A DNA stretch of 64,000 nucleotides, from NCBI GenBank assembly GCA_937875245.1, contig CALNCH010000036.1:6093-70092 (forward strand). The letters are read 5' to 3'. The DNA is from an uncultured Spirochaetaceae bacterium (lineage in GTDB: Bacteria > Spirochaetota > Spirochaetia > Treponematales > Treponemataceae). This document shows positions 16,345-22,497 of the stretch, piece by piece. A program made the translations under genes and the position numbers. Below the pieces are notes generated by a model that was given only the letters and a program-made list of their open reading frames with translations, made no database searches and was not told where the DNA came from. Each line of letters opens with the position of its first letter. Within the stretch, counting starts at the first letter, position 1.

Positions 16345-16605
16345 ATGAAGAAATCCTATTTCATCGAAATGGCAGTAAACATTTTCGACCTAGAAGCCCA
16401 AGTACAAGGTTCAATCCATCAAGGATATATCCCACAAGGAGGACCTTTCATAGCAGAATCATTCATATGCCAAGCAATGATCCTAGACAACAAAGTAGAA
16501 CTACAGGTAGTATCAGCCTTAGACAAGGAACATCCTATAGAAGATTACTTCGATGAATACCCAGAAGATAATTATCCCCCAGACTATTTTCCACCACAAT
16601 CCTAA
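16345..16605 (+). CDS. DUF1737-like small protein
   Basis: 86 aa. ...DLEAQVQGSIHQGYIPQGGPFIAESFICQAMIL, with an acidic/Pro-rich tail. Confidence 0.65.
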   Translation: MKKSYFIEMAVNIFDLEAQVQGSIHQGYIPQGGPFIAESFICQAMILDNKVELQVVSALDKEHPIEDYFDEYPEDNYPPDYFPPQS

Positions 16606-16618
16606 AAACAAAGAAATC

Positions 16619-16852
16619 ATGGACCAACCTATAATCATCCACACAACCTATTTCAAAAAGGATATGATAGAAACCCTTACAGAATTATGTAACAAAGGCT
16701 ATCACATCGTAGGACCTATAACAAGAGACAAAGATAACGTCCTAATGGCCACACTAATATCACCAGAAATGAAGGCAGTACAAGAAGTAGTTCAAGAGCA
16801 CATTAAGAAGTCAATGACAATAGATATAGACAAACTCTTACCTAAAATATAA
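16619..16852 (+). CDS. DUF1737-like small protein
   Basis: The track ORF starts at 16553 inside the previous gene. I prefer the in-frame ATG 16619 (MDQPIIIHTTYFKKDMIETLTELCNKGYHIVGPI...), which removes the overlap. Confidence 0.6.
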   Translation: MDQPIIIHTTYFKKDMIETLTELCNKGYHIVGPITRDKDNVLMATLISPEMKAVQEVVQEHIKKSMTIDIDKLLPKI

Positions 16853-16869
16853 ATCTCAAACAAAACACC

Positions 16870-16909
16870 AAGGGTACCTAGAGCATCAATCCTCAAACAA
16901 GGTACCCTT
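16870..16909 (+). repeat. 9-bp inverted repeat in the intergenic region
   Basis: AAGGGTACC (16870-16878) pairs with GGTACCCTT (16901-16909), spacer 22 nt. Confidence 0.5.
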
Positions 16910-17032
16910 AATCGTAGACCTACAAGGATAACACAGAGAGCCTATCCCTTAACATCCTCGAAATAAAAGAAAGAACGAAAGTCCCCTCACCAAAACAAGC
17001 TATTAATCAACAACTTTAAACTATTATAAAAT

Positions 17033-17833
17033 ATGAATACAATAACAAGAATACCCAGACCCATAGGCACATCACAAATAAACAAAGACAATATAAAAGA
17101 ACATATAACCAAACATTATATAAATACCAACTATATGTATTGTCACAAACCTATGAACATAGAAACATTTTCACAATACACTAACATAGACATAGAGTAT
17201 ATAAATAACATGATCATAACATTGGGACAGACACAATTCAATAACATGATAGAAGGAGATCAACAAGGCTTTCTCAGGGCAATTTTAAGCGGTTCTCTAA
17301 AAAACGCTCTGAGTGACCGTAGCACTGCCCTACAGCATCAAAACATATTACTGGCAGAGCAACAAGGCCGTTACATTCCCTTCGTTTCTGCAGAGGTTAC
17401 GAAGGCCATAAAGCTGACCATGGATTCGAACACAAATGTCCTAAATATCCTATCGAAAATCACTGGCCCTAACGCTGGGATTACTATAAACAATAACCTA
17501 TCCCAAGAACAGAACCAGGCTCAAGGATTAAACGTTGTCCAGGCCCTTGAATTAATCAAATCCCAAGCTAACAGTTCTCACTCTATCCCTCTTCTCGAGG
17601 ACCCATCACAGAAGGAGGCTTTATATATAGAATATGGTATACATGATATGCCTGAGGTTAATGCTACGATGCAGACTGGCTATGATACTTCTAGAGAGGG
17701 ATTGACTATAGGTAAGATCACTGATTTAGTGTTAGAGGCTGATGCTGAGGCTTTAGCTCAAGAGCCTTCACAAGGACACATCGATCGTAGAGCAGATGCC
17801 CTTTCGATAGACCTAGACTCGGATCATATATAG
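17033..17833 (+). CDS. hypothetical protein
   Basis: 266-aa ORF. N/I/T/Q-rich N-terminus and acidic C-terminus. Followed by the TAGGGC repeat array. Confidence 0.75.
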   Translation: MNTITRIPRPIGTSQINKDNIKEHITKHYINTNYMYCHKPMNIETFSQYTNIDIEYINNMIITLGQTQFNNMIEGDQQGFLRAILSGSLKNALSDRSTALQHQNILLAEQQGRYIPFVSAEVTKAIKLTMDSNTNVLNILSKITGPNAGITINNNLSQEQNQAQGLNVVQALELIKSQANSSHSIPLLEDPSQKEALYIEYGIHDMPEVNATMQTGYDTSREGLTIGKITDLVLEADAEALAQEPSQGHIDRRADALSIDLDSDHI

Positions 17834-17966
17834 GGCATTAGCGCTTCAATGTACATTTGCCATGTAGGGTGGGCCTCTTAGGGCTCATCTCTGGTGTTTA
17901 GAGATTTCGATGTCAATGTACCCTAAGGGCAGGCTGGCATTAGCTTCCTAGGGCACTATAGGGCAC
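17831..17966. repeat. TAGGGC/TAAGGGC iteron-like array
   Basis: TA(A)GGG(C/T) at 17831, 17865, 17879, 17924, 17949 and 17959. GGCATTAGC occurs twice (17834, 17936) and TCAATGTAC twice (17846, 17913). Non-coding and noticeably GC-richer than its surroundings. Confidence 0.7.
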
Positions 17967-18007
17967 ATAATCTTTAGGAAATTAAAGAAGTTCTACCTAT
18001 AGTAAAC

Positions 18008-18034
18008 TAGGTGTTATATTTATATGTATATTTG
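18008..18034 (+). promoter_or_regulatory. early promoter cassette copy 12
   Basis: TAGGTGTT (18008-18015), N11, then TATATTTG (18027-18034), followed by leader TATAAATAAAATTAATAATAAATA. ATG at 18067. Confidence 0.6.
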
Positions 18035-18066
18035 TATAAATAAAATTAATAATAAATATATCAATT

Positions 18067-18255
18067 ATGAGAACAGTACCAGTAGAATTATCAGAAAAGG
18101 ATTTATCATTTATCTTATCGTGTATCGAATATACTAGGGAGAACCTTGAGGAATTCGAAGAGAATAATAATATCATTCTCCATGGTAAGAATTTCCTACA
18201 AAAGGACTATAATCCTCTACATGCAAAGTTAGCAATTATTGAAGAACAACTTTAA
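18067..18255 (+). CDS. hypothetical protein
   Basis: 62-aa ORF. Confidence 0.6.
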   Translation: MRTVPVELSEKDLSFILSCIEYTRENLEEFEENNNIILHGKNFLQKDYNPLHAKLAIIEEQL

Positions 18256-18267
18256 TCTCTATTCATT

Positions 18268-18510
18268 ATGAAAACATCAAACAACATCATCACAGTATTA
18301 TCATTTGCAGTATGTATTCTTATAATATGTATATTCTCTTTAGGCTCTAAGATTCAAAGGCTCGAAAAGCAGATTTCTGATCAACCTAAAATTTCGCTAC
18401 CAGAGGAATATAAGGCCATCACTGCTGAGGATAAATTATATGGCTGGTACTATAATGATACCTTACATATAGCATTTGATAATCAAGAAGCTTACAGTAA
18501 TATTCAATAA
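18268..18510 (+). CDS. membrane-anchored small protein
   Basis: 80 aa. N-terminal TM helix IITVLSFAVCILIICIFSL. Confidence 0.65.
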   Translation: MKTSNNIITVLSFAVCILIICIFSLGSKIQRLEKQISDQPKISLPEEYKAITAEDKLYGWYYNDTLHIAFDNQEAYSNIQ

Positions 18511-18587
18511 CGCTTTCAGTACTAGTAGGCTTACAGTATAGGCTTACTAGTATTAATCCAATTACCTATAACAGTTATAATATTTTC

Positions 18588-18612
18588 TAACTACAACTAC
18601 TATAACTACAAC
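18588..18612. repeat. direct repeat TAACTACAAC x2 (15-nt period)
   Basis: Copies at 18588-18597 and 18603-18612. Nearby, TAGGCTTAC occurs twice, flanked by TACTAGTA palindromes (18519-18553). Confidence 0.6.
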
Positions 18613-18683
18613 ACATAAAAAGCCAATTCTGTTTTGGTAAATTGGGTTTCATATATTGTTTTAATTCTGTTTTATTTTCGATT

Positions 18684-18714
18684 AAGGGTCCTACGATAAA
18701 TAGGATCCTTTTTC
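18684..18714 (+). terminator. rho-independent terminator-like hairpin
   Basis: AAGGGTCCTA-cgataaa-TAGGATCCTT (10 bp, one G-U) followed by TTT. A CAAC-UUCG-GUUG tetraloop hairpin plus T-run follows at 18741-18760. Confidence 0.55.
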
Positions 18715-19061
18715 TGTGTAGTAGTATTTTATATTATAGCGCAACTTCGGTTGTCCTTTTTAAAGTGATGGTTGTGTTTCAAGGTTTGCCTTTGGGGATA
18801 AATGTTTGTTGCCTTCTAGGGCCTTCCGATGTGCCCGCAACAACGTGCCTTTAAACCTTCACTCAAGGTTCTCCCAAAGGTTGGGATTTGTCTTATTTTG
18901 AATGATTTTAAATTAAAAAATTTTTAAAATAAATGTTTTTTAATTCAATAAAATTTGTACATTTGTAAAAGAAATGAACAAAGAAAAAAAACGTTTTTAT
19001 TTAGAATTAAAATAAATAAAAAAATAAAATAAAAAAGTACAAATTAATTAAATAAAATTTA

Positions 19062-19069
19062 TATATTTG
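19062..19069 (+). promoter_or_regulatory. -7 box TATATTTG (copy 13, without the upstream TAGTGTT element)
   Basis: TATATTTGTATAAGAATAATAAC, 59 nt upstream of ATG 19129. A second TAnnTTTG (TACATTTG) lies at 18958-18965. Confidence 0.45.
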
Positions 19070-19128
19070 TATAAGAATAATAACAGAAACAAAAACAGAA
19101 ATATTTAACAAATTTAAATTTAATTATT

Positions 19129-19572
19129 ATGAAAACAAATGCAACAAAAACAGAAAGAAACGAAATTAAAAATGTAATTTCAGAATCTAAAAAATTATTG
19201 TCAGATACACAAATTATAGAATTATCTGAAAATTTAGACGATTTAAATTTTAATGAATTATTAAAAAAAGCGTCTGCAAATATCAAACAAACATCTAATA
19301 CAAAAGATAAAATGTATAAGATTGAAGTTGATAAAAAGATTAGACAAACATTAAGAAAAAAAAGAAATAAATTCTTTGATAATATTATTTTCTTTGCTTC
19401 AAATGATTTAAAAACAGAATTAAAAAAAGAAATTAAATCGTTTGATACATTTTATAAAGAAACTTATTTATTAAACGATTATTCTTTAAATTCAATTTGT
19501 CAAAATAATTCAGATGATGATACAAAATTAAAATGTAAGTTAGTAATTGAAATTATTAAAAGAAATAAGTAA
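19129..19572 (+). CDS. K/N-rich hypothetical protein on an AT-rich island
   Basis: 147-aa ORF. By eye the local GC is far below the rest of the window. It has its own -7 box and its own terminator. Confidence 0.65.
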   Translation: MKTNATKTERNEIKNVISESKKLLSDTQIIELSENLDDLNFNELLKKASANIKQTSNTKDKMYKIEVDKKIRQTLRKKRNKFFDNIIFFASNDLKTELKKEIKSFDTFYKETYLLNDYSLNSICQNNSDDDTKLKCKLVIEIIKRNK

Positions 19573-19581
19573 GAAAATTTA

Positions 19582-19613
19582 AAGGGATATATAAAAAATA
19601 TCCCTTTTTTTAT
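19582..19613 (+). terminator. rho-independent terminator
   Basis: AAGGGATAT-N7-ATATCCCTT followed by TTTTTT. Confidence 0.75.
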
Positions 19614-19688
19614 TTATAAATTTTTTTAAATTATCACACACCAAGGGCGTCTAAAAATACCAGGCCTTTAGGCTCTTCGCATTAAGCT

Positions 19689-19710
19689 CTCCGTCCTCCG
19701 TCCTCCGATC
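19689..19710. repeat. tandem heptamers CTCCGTC CTCCGTC CTCCGATC
   Basis: Inside a GC-rich non-coding block (~19641-19800). Followed by CACCCACCCCC and ATCGCT ATCGCC. Confidence 0.7.
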
Positions 19711-19811
19711 TCCAGCACCCACCCCCATCGCTATCGCCCATAAGCACACATGAAAAAAGGGCTCCGGTACAAAAAATATCGAAACCCTTTTTAGTCCCCC
19801 GTGATAAGGAG

Positions 19812-20054
19812 TTATTCGTAGATAGAACCTTCCTTATATCCCACCATCCAATGTACATGGTGCTTTTCGAATTCATCTGGGCCTAACCAACTATCCGCTC
19901 TAAACCCCAAAGCCTTAGCTAATACAAAAGATCGCTTCTCCAACATATCGTATTCATAATCACTAATAATTGGTTTCTCCTCAATGTAATATAATCGCTT
20001 ATGCTTTAAAAGCTCTTTCTGTAAATTCCTAAACTCTCTTTCATTACTGCTCAT
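19812..20054 (-). CDS. stand-alone NAD-dependent DNA ligase domain-Ia-like protein
   Basis: 80 aa. FRNLQKELLKHKRLYYIEEKPIISDYEYDMLEKR parallels E. coli LigA [35 protein letters not shown], including the Y/D/Y/D residues that contact NMN. No adenylation domain follows. Confidence 0.6.
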   Translation of the reverse strand: MSSNEREFRNLQKELLKHKRLYYIEEKPIISDYEYDMLEKRSFVLAKALGFRADSWLGPDEFEKHHVHWMVGYKEGSIYE

Positions 20055-20057
20055 AGC

Positions 20058-20252
20058 CTATTCCTCTTTTAAATGTACCTTAGTAAATCCCCTACCATAT
20101 ATAACCTTGTCTACTATTAATGCTCTATCATTAATAAATTTACTACTGTGACAAAGGATGAATATATCACCTACTTTAGGGATATCCTTTACCTTATGAA
20201 ACCTAATGAACTCATCATTGATAAATACTTTAACCGTTTTCGTTTTCCCCAT
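20058..20252 (-). CDS. hypothetical protein
   Basis: 64-aa ORF in the tightly packed minus-strand operon. Confidence 0.6.
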   Translation of the reverse strand: MGKTKTVKVFINDEFIRFHKVKDIPKVGDIFILCHSSKFINDRALIVDKVIYGRGFTKVHLKEE

Positions 20253-20255
20253 AAC

Positions 20256-20405
20256 TTATCTTTTATTATAATCAGTAACGACCTCTCCAGCCATATCCTC
20301 ATTGGTAAATGTCCTACCCTTATTCCCACATACTAATTGCATAGTACCTATTGTAGAGAACTTGGTATAATGTATACATTGTTTACATCTAGTATCCTTA
20401 CACAT
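20256..20405 (-). CDS. small Cys-rich protein (49 aa)
   Basis: Not in the track. MCKDTRCKQCIHYTKFSTIGTMQLVCGNKGRTFTNEDMAGEVVTDYNKR. It exactly fills the gap between neighbouring genes. Confidence 0.5.
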   Translation of the reverse strand: MCKDTRCKQCIHYTKFSTIGTMQLVCGNKGRTFTNEDMAGEVVTDYNKR

Positions 20406-20407
20406 AA

Positions 20408-20590
20408 CTACCAAGTGATTGAGGTTACATTAGAACATCTTACATGATGTATTACACATTGCTCATCCTCTATAGCATAGAAGTCTATAGCAGTGCTACT
20501 TTCTGATGTCCTTGAACGATACTTGTCTAATACCTTTCCCTTTTCGTTTTTGTTCTCTGTGGTTTTAAACCAAACTTTCTTTCCTATCAT
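20408..20590 (-). CDS. hypothetical small beta-rich protein
   Basis: 60 aa. MIGKKVWFKTTENKNEKGKVLDK... is similar to the N-terminus of the 7105-7401 product. Confidence 0.6.
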   Translation of the reverse strand: MIGKKVWFKTTENKNEKGKVLDKYRSRTSESSTAIDFYAIEDEQCVIHHVRCSNVTSITW

Positions 20591-20760
20591 AATCCTCCGA
20601 AGTTTTTGCTTTCTATTTCTAATTGCTTTTTATATTCTGCATCCTGTTCTTTAAGATATATCTCATTAAAACCTTTCCCAGCATCCTTAGTACTATTATT
20701 AGTGATGGTAATAGTAGAACCATTCCTCATCTTAATAATATCTTTAACTTTCCTTTTCAT
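20587..20760 (-). CDS. hypothetical small protein (57 aa)
   Basis: Not in the track. MKRKVKDIIKMRNGSTITITNNSTKDAGKGFNEIYLKEQDAEYKKQLEIESKNFGGL. ATGA overlap with the downstream gene and TAATG overlap with the upstream gene. Confidence 0.55.
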   Translation of the reverse strand: MKRKVKDIIKMRNGSTITITNNSTKDAGKGFNEIYLKEQDAEYKKQLEIESKNFGGL

Positions 20761-20978
20761 TACTCTCCGCTTTCTACTTTTATAAAATTTTCTTCGAAAT
20801 CTTTAATGGTTCTTACAAAGGTATCCCCATTTTTGTGATATAAAATTCCAGGTACCCATTCTCTGGTAACTTCATCTTTAATCTTACATTCACCTAAAAC
20901 AGTATAGGTTAATAAATTACCTTTGTGTATATAATCTCCTCTCATATAATTATTTTTTAAATCCAACAGATTGATCAT
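20760..20978 (-). CDS. hypothetical protein
   Basis: 72-aa ORF. Confidence 0.6.
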   Translation of the reverse strand: MINLLDLKNNYMRGDYIHKGNLLTYTVLGECKIKDEVTREWVPGILYHKNGDTFVRTIKDFEENFIKVESGE

Positions 20979-21144
20979 CCTTGTTCTCCTGTAATTCAGC
21001 TATCCTAAGTGTAATCTTATCTACAGTTTCTTGGGCATGTTTTCTACAACCCATAAGCCATTCAATTTCCTTTACTCTATCCATATTACCTATTTCTTTT
21101 AGTATACCTTTTCGACCTGTAGTTTCTAGCTTTACCATATACAC
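20950..21144 (-). CDS. hypothetical protein
   Basis: 64-aa ORF. The start is uncertain (MYMVKL...). Confidence 0.55.
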   Translation of the reverse strand: MYMVKLETTGRKGILKEIGNMDRVKEIEWLMGCRKHAQETVDKITLRIAELQENKDDQSVGFKK

Positions 21145-21213
21145 TAGATAATATTAATAAAAATAATAACCAACCAGCTAGAGTACTACAGATTAAATAA
21201 ATTATTACCATGT

Positions 21214-21597
21214 TTATTTTTGTTGATCTCCGATTACTTTGTTGTACAATTTGATTATACCTTCCCTTTCTTCTGCAGTAAAATCCGAAGGCTTCTCAAA
21301 CATTATAGAGTTCAACCTACAACCCATTAAACGTAAACCCGATTTTTCAGGAACTGCTTTTGAATGTGAATATAACCAAGATATTAAACCGGCAGAAGCA
21401 TAAACATCTTCGACATCAACCTCTAACCATAGTCTTCTGCCTAACTTATAATGTTGATGTGGTAATACACTTTTAAGATGATCATCACCAGACATACGTT
21501 CTTTAAGGTTTTCAAAAAATTGTTCTGTATCTGCTTTTGTTATTGGGTCTATTTCTAAAACCTTACCATCTGCTAATTTAACTTGTAGTTTTTCCAT
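21214..21597 (-). CDS. hypothetical protein
   Basis: 127-aa ORF. Confidence 0.7.
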   Translation of the reverse strand: MEKLQVKLADGKVLEIDPITKADTEQFFENLKERMSGDDHLKSVLPHQHYKLGRRLWLEVDVEDVYASAGLISWLYSHSKAVPEKSGLRLMGCRLNSIMFEKPSDFTAEEREGIIKLYNKVIGDQQK

Positions 21598-21820
21598 CTT
21601 CTTTTAATTTATCAATTGCTACTTGGATGTTTGAATTTACCCAAATCTCTAATTGTTGGTCTGTTAAATGTTGTGTGTTTGCTTCTACTAAGTGGCAAAC
21701 GTTATTTACGTTGTCAATTACCTTAATCATCAACAAAACAGAAATATCAACTCTCTCATTTGAGGCTAATACTCCGATAAATACTCTTTCACCTACGTGA
21801 ACCATTCTTTCTATTATCAT
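21578..21820 (-). CDS. hypothetical protein
   Basis: 80-aa ORF overlapping the downstream gene by 20 nt. Confidence 0.6.
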   Translation of the reverse strand: MIIERMVHVGERVFIGVLASNERVDISVLLMIKVIDNVNNVCHLVEANTQHLTDQQLEIWVNSNIQVAIDKLKEDGKTTS

Positions 21821-21831
21821 CTTTATTGTTT

Positions 21832-22101
21832 TTAGAAAGGCATTTCTTCAAAAGCCTTAGTTTTTGTGTTATACCAACGTATTTCTCTCTCAAATATTTC
21901 GGCAATATATCGAATACCCAGATAATTTAATCTTTTTTTAAACCTTCTCTCTATTTCTGACATACTTGGATCGAAAGCCATACCTATTTTCACTAAATCA
22001 AATCCCTGTTTAGATGCTGATTTTGGTGCTTCTAACAAATTACCAACGAAAATAGACTCTGACTCTTCATGAAAGAAGTATGCTTCAAGGTTTGTTATCA
22101 T
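21832..22101 (-). CDS. hypothetical protein
   Basis: 89-aa ORF. Confidence 0.65.
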   Translation of the reverse strand: MITNLEAYFFHEESESIFVGNLLEAPKSASKQGFDLVKIGMAFDPSMSEIERRFKKRLNYLGIRYIAEIFEREIRWYNTKTKAFEEMPF

Positions 22102-22270
22102 TTTGTTTCTTAATTTCTAATTGTTCATACTGGCTTTTAACTGTAATCCACCAAGATCGTTGGAATTTAGTTCTTGAACTCTTGATACCGTTCTCAAATA
22201 TTTTAGAAACTTCATGTTTATCTAATTTTGGGTTATCAAATAACTGTTGGGCTTTCTTATGTGGCGTCAT
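22085..22270 (-). CDS. hypothetical basic protein
   Basis: 61-aa ORF. Confidence 0.55.
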   Translation of the reverse strand: MTPHKKAQQLFDNPKLDKHEVSKIFENGIKSSRTKFQRSWWITVKSQYEQLEIKKQNDNKP

Positions 22271-22412
22271 TGTTGCTTCTTTTATATTTTTTACCTAATA
22301 ATCTACTAATAGTGTAGTTCATTATGCTATTTTCTTCTCTTCTAGTCAACTTTTTACGTTTAACTATATTAATTGTTGTTTCTTTTGGAAAATTAAGCTC
22401 TAACTGACTCAT
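22257..22412 (-). CDS. hypothetical small basic protein (51 aa)
   Basis: Not in the track. MSQLELNFPKETTINIVKRKKLTRREENSIMNYTISRLLGKKYKRSNNDAT. First ORF after the dUTPase terminator. Confidence 0.45.
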   Translation of the reverse strand: MSQLELNFPKETTINIVKRKKLTRREENSIMNYTISRLLGKKYKRSNNDAT

Positions 22413-22460
22413 AATTAATGATTTTAGTTATGGTTTAATAGTATATTCTAGAAAAATCTA

Positions 22461-22490
22461 CAAAAAAGCCAGCATTTTAGTGTGCTGGCT
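22461..22490 (-). terminator. rho-independent terminator after dUTPase
   Basis: On the minus strand: AGCCAGCA-cactaaaa-TGCTGGCT followed by TTTTTT, 8 nt after the dUTPase stop. Confidence 0.75.
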
Positions 22491-22497
22491 AAGAGTT

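Noticed and set aside
17033-17833. Calling this 266-aa protein the small terminase
   Set aside because: The only support is the adjacent repeat array and the lack of a TerS next to terL. I recognised no sequence motif, so I left it as hypothetical.
18642-18854. 70-aa TTG-initiated ORF in the non-coding region
   Set aside because: It has a non-ATG start and no upstream cassette. Its product is Cys/Leu/Phe/Val-rich and implausible, and it spans two terminator-like hairpins. I treated the region as non-coding.
2191-19069. Repeated cassettes as a CRISPR array or MITE family
   Set aside because: The repeats are 0.4-3 kb apart with protein-coding genes between them. They are oriented with transcription and match promoter and terminator architecture. 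There are no short uniform spacers and no terminal inverted repeats with target-site duplications.
19682-19876. 64-aa minus-strand ORF across the GC-rich block
   Set aside because: It overlaps the 3' end of the ligase-Ia-like gene in another frame. It is Gly/Arg/Ser-rich because of the tandem heptamers, so it is likely spurious.
21084-21211. Possible 42-aa hydrophobic peptide (MVIIYLICSTLAGWLLFLLILSSVYGK...) on the minus strand between 21214 and 21144
   Set aside because: It is very short, overlaps the 5' end of the 20950-21144 ORF in another frame, and has no independent support. I mention it only for completeness.
20148-22298. Plus-strand track ORFs (20148-20336, 20623-20838, 22080-22298) inside the minus-strand cluster
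   Set aside because: They are antisense to a continuous set of overlapping minus-strand genes, and their products are hydrophobic or low-complexity.
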